This document shows positions 40,232 to 49,261 of a stretch of DNA of 64,000 bases, one piece after another. The notes beneath the pieces were generated by a model, which did no database searches, was not told where the DNA came from, and saw only the letters and a program-made list of their open reading frames with translations. The translations under genes were made by a program, and so were the position numbers. The stretch comes from an uncultured beta proteobacterium (GTDB lineage Bacteria > Pseudomonadota > Gammaproteobacteria > Burkholderiales > SG8-41). Each line of letters begins with the position of its first letter. The first letter of the stretch is position 1. The stretch is taken from positions 9,178 through 73,177 of the forward strand of contig CAWHFX010000018.1 of the NCBI GenBank assembly GCA_963828715.1, in the 5' to 3' direction.

Positions 40232-42735
40232 CGTCATCGAAGCTCGACGCACTGGTGATCGGTCAAAGCCTCGGCCCCTATCAGATTCTTGCAAAACTGG
40301 GCGAAGGGGGAATGGGCGAGGTCTATCGCGCGCGCGACACGAAGCTCGAACGCGACATCGCGCTGAAGATTCTTTCCGCCGAGTACACGCGAGACGCTGA
40401 ACGTGTTCGGCGCTTCAAACAGGAAGCCACCGCAGCGTCGAGCCTCAATCATCCGAACATTCTCACCATTCACGAGGCCAGCGAAGCGCAGGGTTGTCAG
40501 TTCATCGCGACGGAATTCATCGATGGAGAAACCCTGCGTCAGATGCTGAGTCGGGGCGAGAACCTCCCGCCGACCGAGGCTCTCGCCATCGCCGTGCAAG
40601 TCGCATCGGCGTTGGCAGCGGCGCACCAGGCGGGCATCGTCCATCGGGACGTCAAGCCGGAAAACGTCATGGTGCGACGGGACCGCTACGTCAAAGTCCT
40701 GGACTTTGGGATCGCCAAGCTGACCCAGAGGAATGGACCGATCGACACGAACACTTTTACCCAAACGCAGGCCCACACCTACGCCGGCGCAATCATCGGG
40801 ACCTTGCCGTACATGTCCCCGGAGCAAGCCCGCGGCACCGAGGTAGATGCGCGCTCTGACATCTGGAGCATGGGATGCCTCCTTTACGAGATGCTCGCAG
40901 GACGTTCGCCGTTCGCGGGCGGCACCACGACTGATGTGCTCGTGGCGATTCTCGACAAGGAGCCGGCGCCACTCGCAAAACTCGATCCTCGAGTCCCTCC
41001 CGAATTCGACTGGATCATCGGCAAAGCGCTGCGTAAGAGCGCTGCCGAGCGGTACCAGACAACGGAGGAGTTGCTGGTCGACTTGCGGCGGCTGCAGCAG
41101 AAGCTCGACTTCGAGTCACATCAGCAGCGCGTGCTCGGTCACGATGTTCCTGTCGTGGCGGCACCAAGTCCCTCCGAGAATGCGCCGGCATTGCCGAGCG
41201 ACCAGCCCGGCCACCGTCGAGTGACTTCGCGCCTCGTTGCTGTCACGATCAGCGGCGCGCTGATTGCGGCGGCGCTGGCGTCCGCGTGGTACTGGCAACA
41301 GCGCAAGGCTCTTCCTCAATTTCAGGTCCATTCGCTGGTCGTACTCCCGTTGAAATCGCTCGACGCGAACGACAATTACCTCGGTTTGGGCATTGCGGAT
41401 GCCGTGATCCGGAAGACCAGCCAGACCGGCGAGTTAATCGTGCGCCCGACCAGCGCCGTCCGCCGCTACCTGAATGACGACACCGATGCACTCACGGCAG
41501 CACGGCAGCAAAGCGCAGACGTCGTGCTCGAGGGGAGCGTGCAACGCGCGGGCGACCGCTTGCGGGTGAGCGTAAACCTGTTGCGCACGGCCGACGGCGT
41601 GTCGATCTGGGCCGACAGTTTCGAGATGCGCACGACCGACATCTTCGATATCCAAGACACGGTTGCTCAGCAGGTGGCGTCGCATTTGCGGCTCAAGCTG
41701 GACTTGTCGCAGCAGGCGCGGCTTGCCAAGCGACAAACGACGAATCCGATCGCCTACGAGTTCTACCTCAAGGGTCTCCATAAATTCGATCAACGGCTGT
41801 CTATGACCGACGCACAGATTGCCAGCACCATCGACTTCTTTCGGAAGGCGGTCGAGGCGGACCCCAAGTTTGCGCTGGCACACGCGCAGCTCGCGTACGC
41901 GTACGCCACCATCGCCGTCTTCTCGCAGACGGCCGATGACAGTGTGGCCAATCAAGCCAGGTCTGAAATCGGGCAGGCGCTGGCGCTCGATCCAGAACTG
42001 GCCGAAATCGCGCTGGCTCGTTCTCAACTACTGTTCAGCCGATACGAAGGATTCCAGGGCGCGGAGGCTGTCCGCGTGCTCCTCGCCGCCGAGCGACTCG
42101 ACCCCAACATCGGTCACGCCGAGTTGGGCTATCTCTACAGCCACCTCGGACTATCCGATCTGGCAGAACGCGCATTGCAACGGGCGCTGGAGATCGATCC
42201 GACCAGCGAGTTTGCGAAAGGGCAGTTGGACGCCACTTACGAATTCGGCGGACAATTCGACCGTTGGGTCGAGGCGCATCCGCGATTAGAACCGAACCTG
42301 CCCATCGATCCGTGGTATTTCCTGGCCACAGGCCGCCTGGACGACGCGGACCGTGCCATCAAACAGGCTGACACAGCCACCACCATGGGGCAGGCCAGCC
42401 TCTTGTCGGCCAAAGCACTGCTCGTTGGGATGAGAGGTGATTTCCAGGCGGCGCAGGCAATGATTCCCTCGATTCTCAAGCGTTACGCGGTCAAGGACCC
42501 GTTCTATCACCACGCGTCGTACGCAATCGCCGGCATCTACGCGACGGGTGGAAAAAGCGCCGAAGCGGTCAAGTGGTTGAGGGAAGCATGCGCGACGGGG
42601 TTCTCTGCCTACCACTACTTCGAGCACGTCGCCTTCCTCGATCGCATCAGACAAGCTCCCGAATTCGTTCAGTTCATGGCGGAACTGAAAGCGACCACGG
42701 ATCGGTATCACCGCGAGTTCGAATCGGCCAGATGA
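40228..42735 (+). CDS. Ser/Thr protein kinase with TM segment, TolB-N-like region and TPR repeats, intact
   Basis: The GTG start overlaps the upstream stop (GTGA). [47 protein letters not shown]; C-terminal TPR-like helices (AYEFYLKGLH..., ALELDP...). 835 aa. Confidence 0.9.
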   Translation: MTSSKLDALVIGQSLGPYQILAKLGEGGMGEVYRARDTKLERDIALKILSAEYTRDAERVRRFKQEATAASSLNHPNILTIHEASEAQGCQFIATEFIDGETLRQMLSRGENLPPTEALAIAVQVASALAAAHQAGIVHRDVKPENVMVRRDRYVKVLDFGIAKLTQRNGPIDTNTFTQTQAHTYAGAIIGTLPYMSPEQARGTEVDARSDIWSMGCLLYEMLAGRSPFAGGTTTDVLVAILDKEPAPLAKLDPRVPPEFDWIIGKALRKSAAERYQTTEELLVDLRRLQQKLDFESHQQRVLGHDVPVVAAPSPSENAPALPSDQPGHRRVTSRLVAVTISGALIAAALASAWYWQQRKALPQFQVHSLVVLPLKSLDANDNYLGLGIADAVIRKTSQTGELIVRPTSAVRRYLNDDTDALTAARQQSADVVLEGSVQRAGDRLRVSVNLLRTADGVSIWADSFEMRTTDIFDIQDTVAQQVASHLRLKLDLSQQARLAKRQTTNPIAYEFYLKGLHKFDQRLSMTDAQIASTIDFFRKAVEADPKFALAHAQLAYAYATIAVFSQTADDSVANQARSEIGQALALDPELAEIALARSQLLFSRYEGFQGAEAVRVLLAAERLDPNIGHAELGYLYSHLGLSDLAERALQRALEIDPTSEFAKGQLDATYEFGGQFDRWVEAHPRLEPNLPIDPWYFLATGRLDDADRAIKQADTATTMGQASLLSAKALLVGMRGDFQAAQAMIPSILKRYAVKDPFYHHASYAIAGIYATGGKSAEAVKWLREACATGFSAYHYFEHVAFLDRIRQAPEFVQFMAELKATTDRYHREFESAR

Positions 42736-42745
42736 GGAATAGTCT

Positions 42746-42780
42746 CTGGCTGCTGGCTGCTGGCTGCTGGCTGCTGGCTG
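42746..42780. repeat. (CTGGCTG)x5 perfect tandem heptamer
   Basis: ctggctgctggctgctggctgctggctgctggctg, directly after the stop of the last kinase gene. Confidence 0.9.
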
Positions 42781-42809
42781 AATGGTGACTGGAAACCTTA
42801 GACCGCTCC

Positions 42810-43150
42810 ATGCCCCACCTCGATCCGGTGCTGCTCTCCGACGCGCGCGTCGTCGCCGCCTACGCCATTTTCATCGGCAGCTACTTCGTGTTCGCGCTCG
42901 GGAAGTTCCCGGGGATGAAGATCGACCGCCCCGGCGCCGCCATCATCGGAGCCGTGCTGATGGTCGCGTTCCGCATCGTCGGCGCACAGGAAGCGCTCCA
43001 ATCGGTCGACTTTGCGACCATCGTGCTGCTCTTCTCGATGATGTTGATTGTCGCGAACCTGCGCCTGGGAGGATTCTTCGAGCGGATCGCGGAATGGATC
43101 GTGGAGCGGCTGCAGCCGCATCACCTGCTGCCGACCGTCATCTTCACGTG
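42810..43150 (+). pseudogene. 5' fragment of an ArsB/NhaD/CitMHS-type anion permease
   Basis: MPHLDPVLL...[39 protein letters not shown]...[33 protein letters not shown]...LLPTVIFT is family-typical. After about 43148 the frame reads non-membrane junk because it is antisense to the Bug fragment. Confidence 0.65.
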
Positions 43151-43400
43151 CGGCTGGCGAAGCGACCTCGATCCCGAGATAGCCCGACGCGCCGGCGCGG
43201 TTCTCAATCACTACCGTCTGCCCAAGTTGTTTAGCAAGCTTCAGCTCGACGATGCGCGCCACGAAGTCCGACGCGCCGCCCGGTGCAAACGGCACGATCA
43301 TCCTGATCGGCCTGTTCGGGTACTCGTCAGCAGCGAAGGCACTGGCGACCGCGGCGGGCAGAAGCAGCGCCAGGAACGAATTACGCAACCTGCCTGACAT
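43150..43400 (-). pseudogene. 5' fragment of a Bug/TctC-family periplasmic binding protein
   Basis: [83 protein letters not shown], then loss of similarity at about 43150. Full-length paralogs in this window are about 320 aa. Confidence 0.7.
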
Positions 43401-43442
43401 TGCGACTCTCCTCACGTCTTTAGTCCACGCCGGTGTGCGCAG

Positions 43443-44417
43443 CTATTGCTGCTGGGCTATTCCCAGGTCATGTACCACCTTCGCCCATCTCACCCGCTCG
43501 GCCTTCATGTATGCAGCAGCCTTGTCGGCCGACATCACGTAAAGCTGAAAGCCGTTATTCAGGATCCGCTTCTGCGTCTCGGGCTGCGCGAGCACCTCTG
43601 CGAGCGCCCTGCGAAGCCGCCGCAGCACGTGTCGCGGCGCACCGGCGTTCGTGCACAAACCCTGCCATGAGACGACCTCGAAGTCAGGCATTCCCGACTC
43701 CGCCAAGGTCGGCACGTCCGGCAACTGCGGATCGCGCTGCTTGGATGTCACGACCAGCGCCCGGACCTTGCCGCTGCGCGCCAGAGACAGCACCGAGGGG
43801 ACCGTCGAAGTCATGACCTGGACACGGCCTGCCATGAGATCGAGCTGTGCTGGCCCGACACCTTTGTAAGGGACGTGGACGAGATCGATGCCGGCCTGCA
43901 TCGTGAAGAGCTCCATCGAGAGCTGCGGTGAGGTGCCCACGCCGCCTGAAGCGTAGTTGAGCTTGCCGGGGTTTGCCTTCGCAAGCTCGATCAGTTGCCC
44001 GATGGTGGTAGCCTGAACCGATGGATTCACGCTGAAAGCGTTGGGATTGTTCGCGATCAGGCCGAGCGAGGCGAAATCGCGCTCGGGGTCGTAGCTCAGG
44101 TTCTTGTAAAGTGCGGGGCCAACCGCGAGCGACGCGATATTGCAGCTCAGGAGCGTGTACCCGTCCGGCGCCGCACGCGCTGCGATCTCGGCGCCCACGG
44201 TGTTGCCGGCGCCGGAACGATTGTCGACGACGATCTGCACCCCGAGGATCTCTGAGAGGGGCGGCGCTATGGTGCGGCCGACGAGGTCGGACGCGCCGCC
44301 CGGACCCGTTGCCACGATGTAGCGTATCGGCTTGGTCGGATACTCCGGAGCTGCGGCCGAGACGTTACCAATGAACGTCAGCAATGCTGTGACAGCAACA
44401 AAGCACAGGCTTCTCAT
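43443..44417 (-). CDS. Bug/TctC-family tripartite tricarboxylate transporter substrate-binding protein
   Basis: Start MRSLCFVAVTALL at 44417. YPTKPIRYIVATGPGGASDLVGR...VVDNRSGAGNTVGAEIAARAAPDGYTLL... matches the family. Confidence 0.88.
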   Translation of the reverse strand: MRSLCFVAVTALLTFIGNVSAAAPEYPTKPIRYIVATGPGGASDLVGRTIAPPLSEILGVQIVVDNRSGAGNTVGAEIAARAAPDGYTLLSCNIASLAVGPALYKNLSYDPERDFASLGLIANNPNAFSVNPSVQATTIGQLIELAKANPGKLNYASGGVGTSPQLSMELFTMQAGIDLVHVPYKGVGPAQLDLMAGRVQVMTSTVPSVLSLARSGKVRALVVTSKQRDPQLPDVPTLAESGMPDFEVVSWQGLCTNAGAPRHVLRRLRRALAEVLAQPETQKRILNNGFQLYVMSADKAAAYMKAERVRWAKVVHDLGIAQQQ

Positions 44418-44555
44418 CGTCGGTCCTCCTTTGTCGTCGAAGATGTCAAACGTTGCACGAGCGTATGAAATCAATGAGCAGCTCGGGTGCGAGAGCACTG
44501 TCACGATTACTGCATGGGTGCACTCCACACAGCCGATGCCGGCGCGATGCTCGCA

Positions 44556-45515
44556 TCAACCCTCCTGCTCGATGTGCGAATCCCTCATTACCCGCCGCCA
44601 CTTGTCGATGTCCGCCTTTATGCGCTCACCAAACCGTTCGGGAGGCCCACCGGCCAGATCCAGACCTTCACCGCGCGTACGTTCTTTCATCTCTGCCGTG
44701 AGCAACACTTTCGCAACTTCCTTGTTCCACCGAATGACGACATCCCGCCGCACTCCCTTCGGACCCCAGATGCCATACCAATGGCTGACTTCGTAACCCG
44801 GAACGGTCTCGCCGATCGTCGGCACGTCAGGCAACGCTGGTGACCGCTTCGCCGGTGTGATCGCCAGTATTCGCACCCTGCCTGCTCGTGCATGCGGGAT
44901 GGTCGGCACCATGCTGGTCATGCTTGTCTGGATCTCGCCAGCCATAAGCGCATTCAATGCCGGCCCGGCGCCCTTGTATGGAACGTGAACGATGTTCGTG
45001 TCAGTCGAAAGCTTGAAAAGCTCAAAAGAAAGATGCACGGCGCTGCCTGGGCCCACCGATGCATAGTTGAGCTGGCCTGGACTCGATTTCGCGAGCTTGA
45101 TCAACTCGCCCGTCGTCTTGGCAGGCACTGAAGGATTGATCGTCAGCGCGAGGCCAGTCGTCCCGATCAGGATGACGGGTTGAATATCCCGAACGGGGTC
45201 GAACGCCAATCTCCGATAAGCCCCGGTCGCTGCATAGCTGGCGGACACCAAGATGAACGTATAGCCGTCAGGCTCAGCCCGTGCGGTGATCTCCGCCCCG
45301 AAGGCGCCGCCCGCACCAGGCCGGTTGTCCACCAAGACCGTCTGGCGGAAAGCTTCCGACAGCGGAACTGCGATGGTTCGGCCAAGCATGTCTGTACCAC
45401 CGCCCGGTGGAAACGGCGCGATCAGGCGTATCGGTTTCGTCGGATATGTGTCCGACCAGGCGCTGGTCGTCCCGAGGCAAACGGCAGCAGCCGCGACCAA
45501 CGCAGCGGTCTTCAT
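44556..45515 (-). CDS. Bug/TctC-family substrate-binding protein
   Basis: Start MKTAALVAAAAV at 45515. YPTKPIRLIAPFPPGGGTDMLGR...VDNRPGAGGAFGAEITARAEPDGYTFIL. Confidence 0.88.
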   Translation of the reverse strand: MKTAALVAAAAVCLGTTSAWSDTYPTKPIRLIAPFPPGGGTDMLGRTIAVPLSEAFRQTVLVDNRPGAGGAFGAEITARAEPDGYTFILVSASYAATGAYRRLAFDPVRDIQPVILIGTTGLALTINPSVPAKTTGELIKLAKSSPGQLNYASVGPGSAVHLSFELFKLSTDTNIVHVPYKGAGPALNALMAGEIQTSMTSMVPTIPHARAGRVRILAITPAKRSPALPDVPTIGETVPGYEVSHWYGIWGPKGVRRDVVIRWNKEVAKVLLTAEMKERTRGEGLDLAGGPPERFGERIKADIDKWRRVMRDSHIEQEG

Positions 45516-46423
45516 CGGCTCTTCTCCTCGCGCAAGAGCAACGCTCTCAGCAGGCACTCGTCAGCTTGTCCAGCTTGTTGTAGTCACAGTCCGGAGCGGG
45601 TAACCGGATCCACGATATAGACCGGGGATACCGGCGCAAACTTACTGCGGCCGTCCTGGTGTCTCAGATAAATGCCGTCCCCGCGCTCTTTTGTCGTACG
45701 GTCGCCGTCGTCCTGCCTCATGACTAAGACCGCGGCTTTCAGATCGGCCTTACTTCAGTAAGCGGCCGCAGCGAGGGAATCACGACCTACTCTCAGATTC
45801 CGCAGGGACACGGAATGGGGCACGTTGATGCCGGTCAATGTTTTGAAGACTCGAAGGCGAGATGGACCCCCTTTCGAATGCCGGCTCGTCTGGCTCTGCT
45901 ATCGCGAGGCGTACGAGTTTCTTGATTGCCGTCCGTCGGCAACCAGCATTGGAATTACAGCGAGTTCCTCACTGCCGCGATCACATGGACATCTCGCGAA
46001 TGACTCTCGTTTGGGGCGCATATCGTCGCGACCCGGGGCGGAAAGTCCAGCGCCGAGCAAGTAACGTCGAGTTCAAAATTTACAGCCCGGGTTGGTGCAT
46101 AGCCGTAAGGACATGCATTTGTTGCTGGCGCGCTGTGTCCATGATGCCTTCGTCATCTGCCGCAAGCACATCAGTCTCCGCAATGAAAGCATGCAGCCAA
46201 CAGTGAGCTCAAGTTATCGCAACATGTTGTTCGAGGCGCGATTGGCTGCGGAACATCGCATGCAGGTTACGATCGAGCCGAAAGAAGTAAATCAAGCACT
46301 ACTCAGGTGCTTTCAGCGCGCGAGCGCTAATCGTGTAAGGAAATAGCAGGTCATCCGGTCTAATCGCGATGGAGCGCGTTAGCTCCGAACCACGAAGTCC
46401 TTTCTCCTCTTGAAATGCCCTCA

Positions 46424-46448
46424 GGCCCGGCGCGTCCGGGCCTTTTTT
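46424..46448 (+). terminator. Rho-independent terminator
   Basis: GGCCCGG-cgcgt-CCGGGCC followed by TTTTTT. No convincing ORF ends just upstream. Confidence 0.75.
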
Positions 46449-46569
46449 GGGGAAGTCTTACGAAGGCAGATCGTTAAGCGAAGCTTACATCGCAGTCGCA
46501 CCCGAATCAGTATATTCGCCGAAACTCAGGCGATCGTTAGCGTCAGCCGATTAGCCCAGGATACGTTTC

Positions 46570-47154
46570 ATGGATAACTTGATCGAAGCGGTCCCTGCGT
46601 CAGCTTTACAGTGCAGGCCGGCTGAGTCCAGCGATTCCAGGAGTCATGGCATGGCCAATCCGAGTAAGACGGCATTCGAAGGACTGGTCCGGGCCTATTC
46701 GTCTGAGCTTTACCGTTTCGCATACTGGCTCACCAGAGACCGGTTTTCCGCCGAGGATCTGGTGCAAGAAACGTTCGCACGAGCATGGAGCGCCTGGCAA
46801 TCCCTTCGCGAGCAGGGCGCGGCAAAGAGTTGGCTTTACATGATTCTGCGTAACGAGCATGCGCGCCTGTTTGAACGCAGACGGTTGGACATCGTCGAGG
46901 ACCAGGATCTCGATGCCCTTGAGGACCAGCGGATTGCTGCCCCCTTCGACGATATCGAAATTCGCGAAGCGTTGCATGCCTTGCCTGCGGCGTACCGAGA
47001 ACCCTTGCTATTGCAGCTCCTCGGTGGGTTCAGTTGTGACGAAATAGCGCGGCTCATGAATCTCACGTCAGGCGCCGTAATGACGCGCTTGTGTCGCGCA
47101 CGTCTAACGCTTCGTCGCAGCAGAGTCGCTGCGGAAAGGAATGTGAACCCATGA
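46570..47154 (+). CDS. ECF (sigma-70 family group IV) sigma factor
   Basis: Region 2 YRFAYWLTRDRFSAEDLVQETFARAW and region 4 EPLLLQLLGGFSCDEIARLMNLTSGAVMTRLCRAR. Alternative start MANPSK at 46651. The stop overlaps the anti-sigma start (ATGA). Confidence 0.88.
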   Translation: MDNLIEAVPASALQCRPAESSDSRSHGMANPSKTAFEGLVRAYSSELYRFAYWLTRDRFSAEDLVQETFARAWSAWQSLREQGAAKSWLYMILRNEHARLFERRRLDIVEDQDLDALEDQRIAAPFDDIEIREALHALPAAYREPLLLQLLGGFSCDEIARLMNLTSGAVMTRLCRARLTLRRSRVAAERNVNP

Positions 47155-47855
47155 ACTGTTTGCAATCCAGACGAGCTTTGCTTGCGGTCCCGCGCGAGCA
47201 ATCCGATGAGCATTGGGCCCACCTCCAAGAGTGTCAGTCCTGCTCGCAGTCACAACAGAGGCTCACAGACCTTGACAGATACATCGAGGAGGCTGCTCTC
47301 GTGCCGGTGCCCGACGCGCTCGTGCACCGCATTCTTCTGCCCCGGCGTATGCAGCCCGTCTCCCGCTGGGCGCTGGCCGCGAGCATGGCCATTGTGATGG
47401 CATCGATTCCGCTGGTCGCTGGGGAGGTAGTCGATGCTGTGGTTTTCTGGAGTACCACTCAAACCGTTTCTCCTACTCATCCCGCGCTAGCAGCGATCGC
47501 GGAGGTTGCCGAGGAAGCGCTGTCGCCGGCTGGCCGGCCAGCGTCTGATGTAGGGGTCGAACAGTCACTCAACCGTATCGGATTGGCGATAAAGGCAGGC
47601 GACGCTCATGTCGAATACGTCGGCAAGTGTCACATTGAGGCGAATCGGGATTGCGATCGCATCGCACTCAGCGCACCCGGCGCGCAGGCAAATGTGATGC
47701 TGATCCCGAACTACAGCGCCGGGGACCGCCTGCTGGTTCAAGACGGGCAGATGGTTGCATTGATGAGCTCTGCGCAGAACGGTACATACATAGTCGTCGC
47801 GACTAACCGAAAGGCAGCCCGGCGCATCGAAAAAATGCTTGTCAGGAGAGGTTAA
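47151..47855 (+). CDS. Anti-sigma factor (DUF3379-like: zinc-finger-type N-terminus, one TM, periplasmic domain)
   Basis: MNCLQSRRALLA...HLQECQSCSQ, a TM segment (WALAASMAIVMASIPLVAG), and translational coupling to the ECF sigma gene. Confidence 0.75.
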   Translation: MNCLQSRRALLAVPREQSDEHWAHLQECQSCSQSQQRLTDLDRYIEEAALVPVPDALVHRILLPRRMQPVSRWALAASMAIVMASIPLVAGEVVDAVVFWSTTQTVSPTHPALAAIAEVAEEALSPAGRPASDVGVEQSLNRIGLAIKAGDAHVEYVGKCHIEANRDCDRIALSAPGAQANVMLIPNYSAGDRLLVQDGQMVALMSSAQNGTYIVVATNRKAARRIEKMLVRRG

Positions 47856-47876
47856 TAAGGTGTGTTTACTGCGGGC
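47782..47876 (+). repeat. Repeat A (3' end of anti-sigma gene); direct copy A' at 55573..55653
   Basis: Hand alignment of 81 nt gives 9 mismatches: gtacatacatagtcgtcgcgactaaccgaaaggcagcccggcgcatcgaaaaaatgcttgtcaggagaggttaataaggtg versus the copy at 55573. Confidence 0.85.
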
Positions 47877-47957
47877 TCTCCCTGGCCGGGTCTTCCGACC
47901 ACTGCCGCGGTCACCCTCTGAATGTGGACTCGTGCGAATCGTGAAGGGCTTCAGAAC

Positions 47958-48251
47958 TCATCGCGACAGGGTCGCCTTTCGGCGCAAGTAAGTCCATAGG
48001 TCCGGCAGCAGGTGTCGCAGCATCCTGCGTACACTTCTGGGGAGGGAAAGCTGTTTCCGCAGCAGCACGCGTGCGGAAAGTCCCTCAGGTACACGCACGG
48101 CCATGGCAGCATCACGGATTTCGCACTCGAGCCGGACCAGATCCGCAGCAACGCTGCCGCACGTGTCACAGTGCGCCGTATGTGCGCGCACGTCGACCGA
48201 ATCCGTGAATGGGGCGACGTGCAGCGAGCGCTGTACATTGCGACAGTTCAT
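47958..48251 (-). pseudogene. Inverted N-terminal fragment of a second DUF3379-like anti-sigma factor
   Basis: MNCRNVQRSLHVAPFTDSVDVRAHTAHCDTCGSVAADLVRLECEIRDAAMAVRVPEGLSARVLL aligns with MNCLQSRRALLAVPREQSDEHWAHLQECQSCSQSQQRLTDLDRYIEEAALVPVPDALVHRILL. No TM or periplasmic part follows, and no intact sigma gene lies upstream. Confidence 0.55.
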
Positions 48252-48765
48252 AACGAACTGAAAGACCGAAGATCGGCTTGAGTACTTACAGTGGTACCCG
48301 TTGTGGCGCTGGATCGGCATCGGATCGACCGTGCGGTTCATCTCCCACCGCTTCGGTTGTCTTCGTCAATGTTCTGCGCGCCTGAAAGCGGCGACCCTGC
48401 TCTGAGGACTACGACGCCGGCCGACAACTCGGCGGTTGCATCCATCCGAATTGCATTTTCGTCCGCCTCCCGCCGCGTATGTCACCCGTGTATCGCAGTG
48501 TGACGTCGATACATTTTGATACACGCTCGTCTTTGATTTTTATCAAGTTCGCAGCTTCCACCAACTCGAACGCGGTCGTACATTTTCGCTAAGCGAACCG
48601 TTGACCCGTCTGCTCGGTTCGGAAGCGCACCTCCAACTACGGGATCGTCGTGGACGCCAAACTGCTGACCGCCATTGTTGCTGGACGGTAGAGCGGCGGT
48701 CCCCTTGCTGAAGGACGGCAAGACTGAACGTGATCTCGCTTTTAGGCGTGGGAAAAGGAGATGCC

Positions 48766-49137
48766 ATGGCAAAGAGTTACAGGGCAACGACCTCGAACAT
48801 CTCGCGGCAGATGGCCAAACTGCGCGCTGATATACCGGACACCATGAGCGGTTTCAGCGCGATGGCGAGAGCCGCGACGCGTCCGGGAACGCTGGACACC
48901 AAAACCAAGGAGCTCATCGCACTTGCGCTGGGCGTCGCTGCACATTGTGATGGCTGCATCGGATTTCACATGCAGGCTTTGATGAAAGCAGGTGCTTCGC
49001 GTGCCGAGATTACCGAGGCATTGGCAATGGCGGTCTACATGGGTGGCGGACCGTCGGTCATGTATGCGGCCGAAGCGATGAGCGCCTACGACGAGCTTTC
49101 CGCGCCCGACGCGGGGAAGACAGCCGCTGCGGCATAG
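48766..49137 (+). CDS. Carboxymuconolactone decarboxylase (AhpD-like) family protein
   Basis: GGAG 6 nt upstream of the ATG. LDTKTKELIALALGVAAHCDGCIGFHMQALMKAGASRAEITEAL carries the AhpD-like CxxC motif. Confidence 0.85.
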   Translation: MAKSYRATTSNISRQMAKLRADIPDTMSGFSAMARAATRPGTLDTKTKELIALALGVAAHCDGCIGFHMQALMKAGASRAEITEALAMAVYMGGGPSVMYAAEAMSAYDELSAPDAGKTAAAA

Positions 49138-49261
49138 GCAGGCGGATCGTCGCTTAGAATACAGTGCGGCAGGAAGTTGCCGCAGGGTTCGAATACGCAG
49201 TCGATCGGCGCACTGTTTCGAGTCTCGGGCAGTTTCATCACTCGCAATGGGAGTCAAACGC

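Noticed and set aside
42798-43415. 205-aa (minus) and 195-aa (plus, 42810..43397) ORFs taken as full-length proteins
   Set aside because: Each is family-like only on its own side of about 43,150. Beyond that point it merely reads the antisense of the other fragment.
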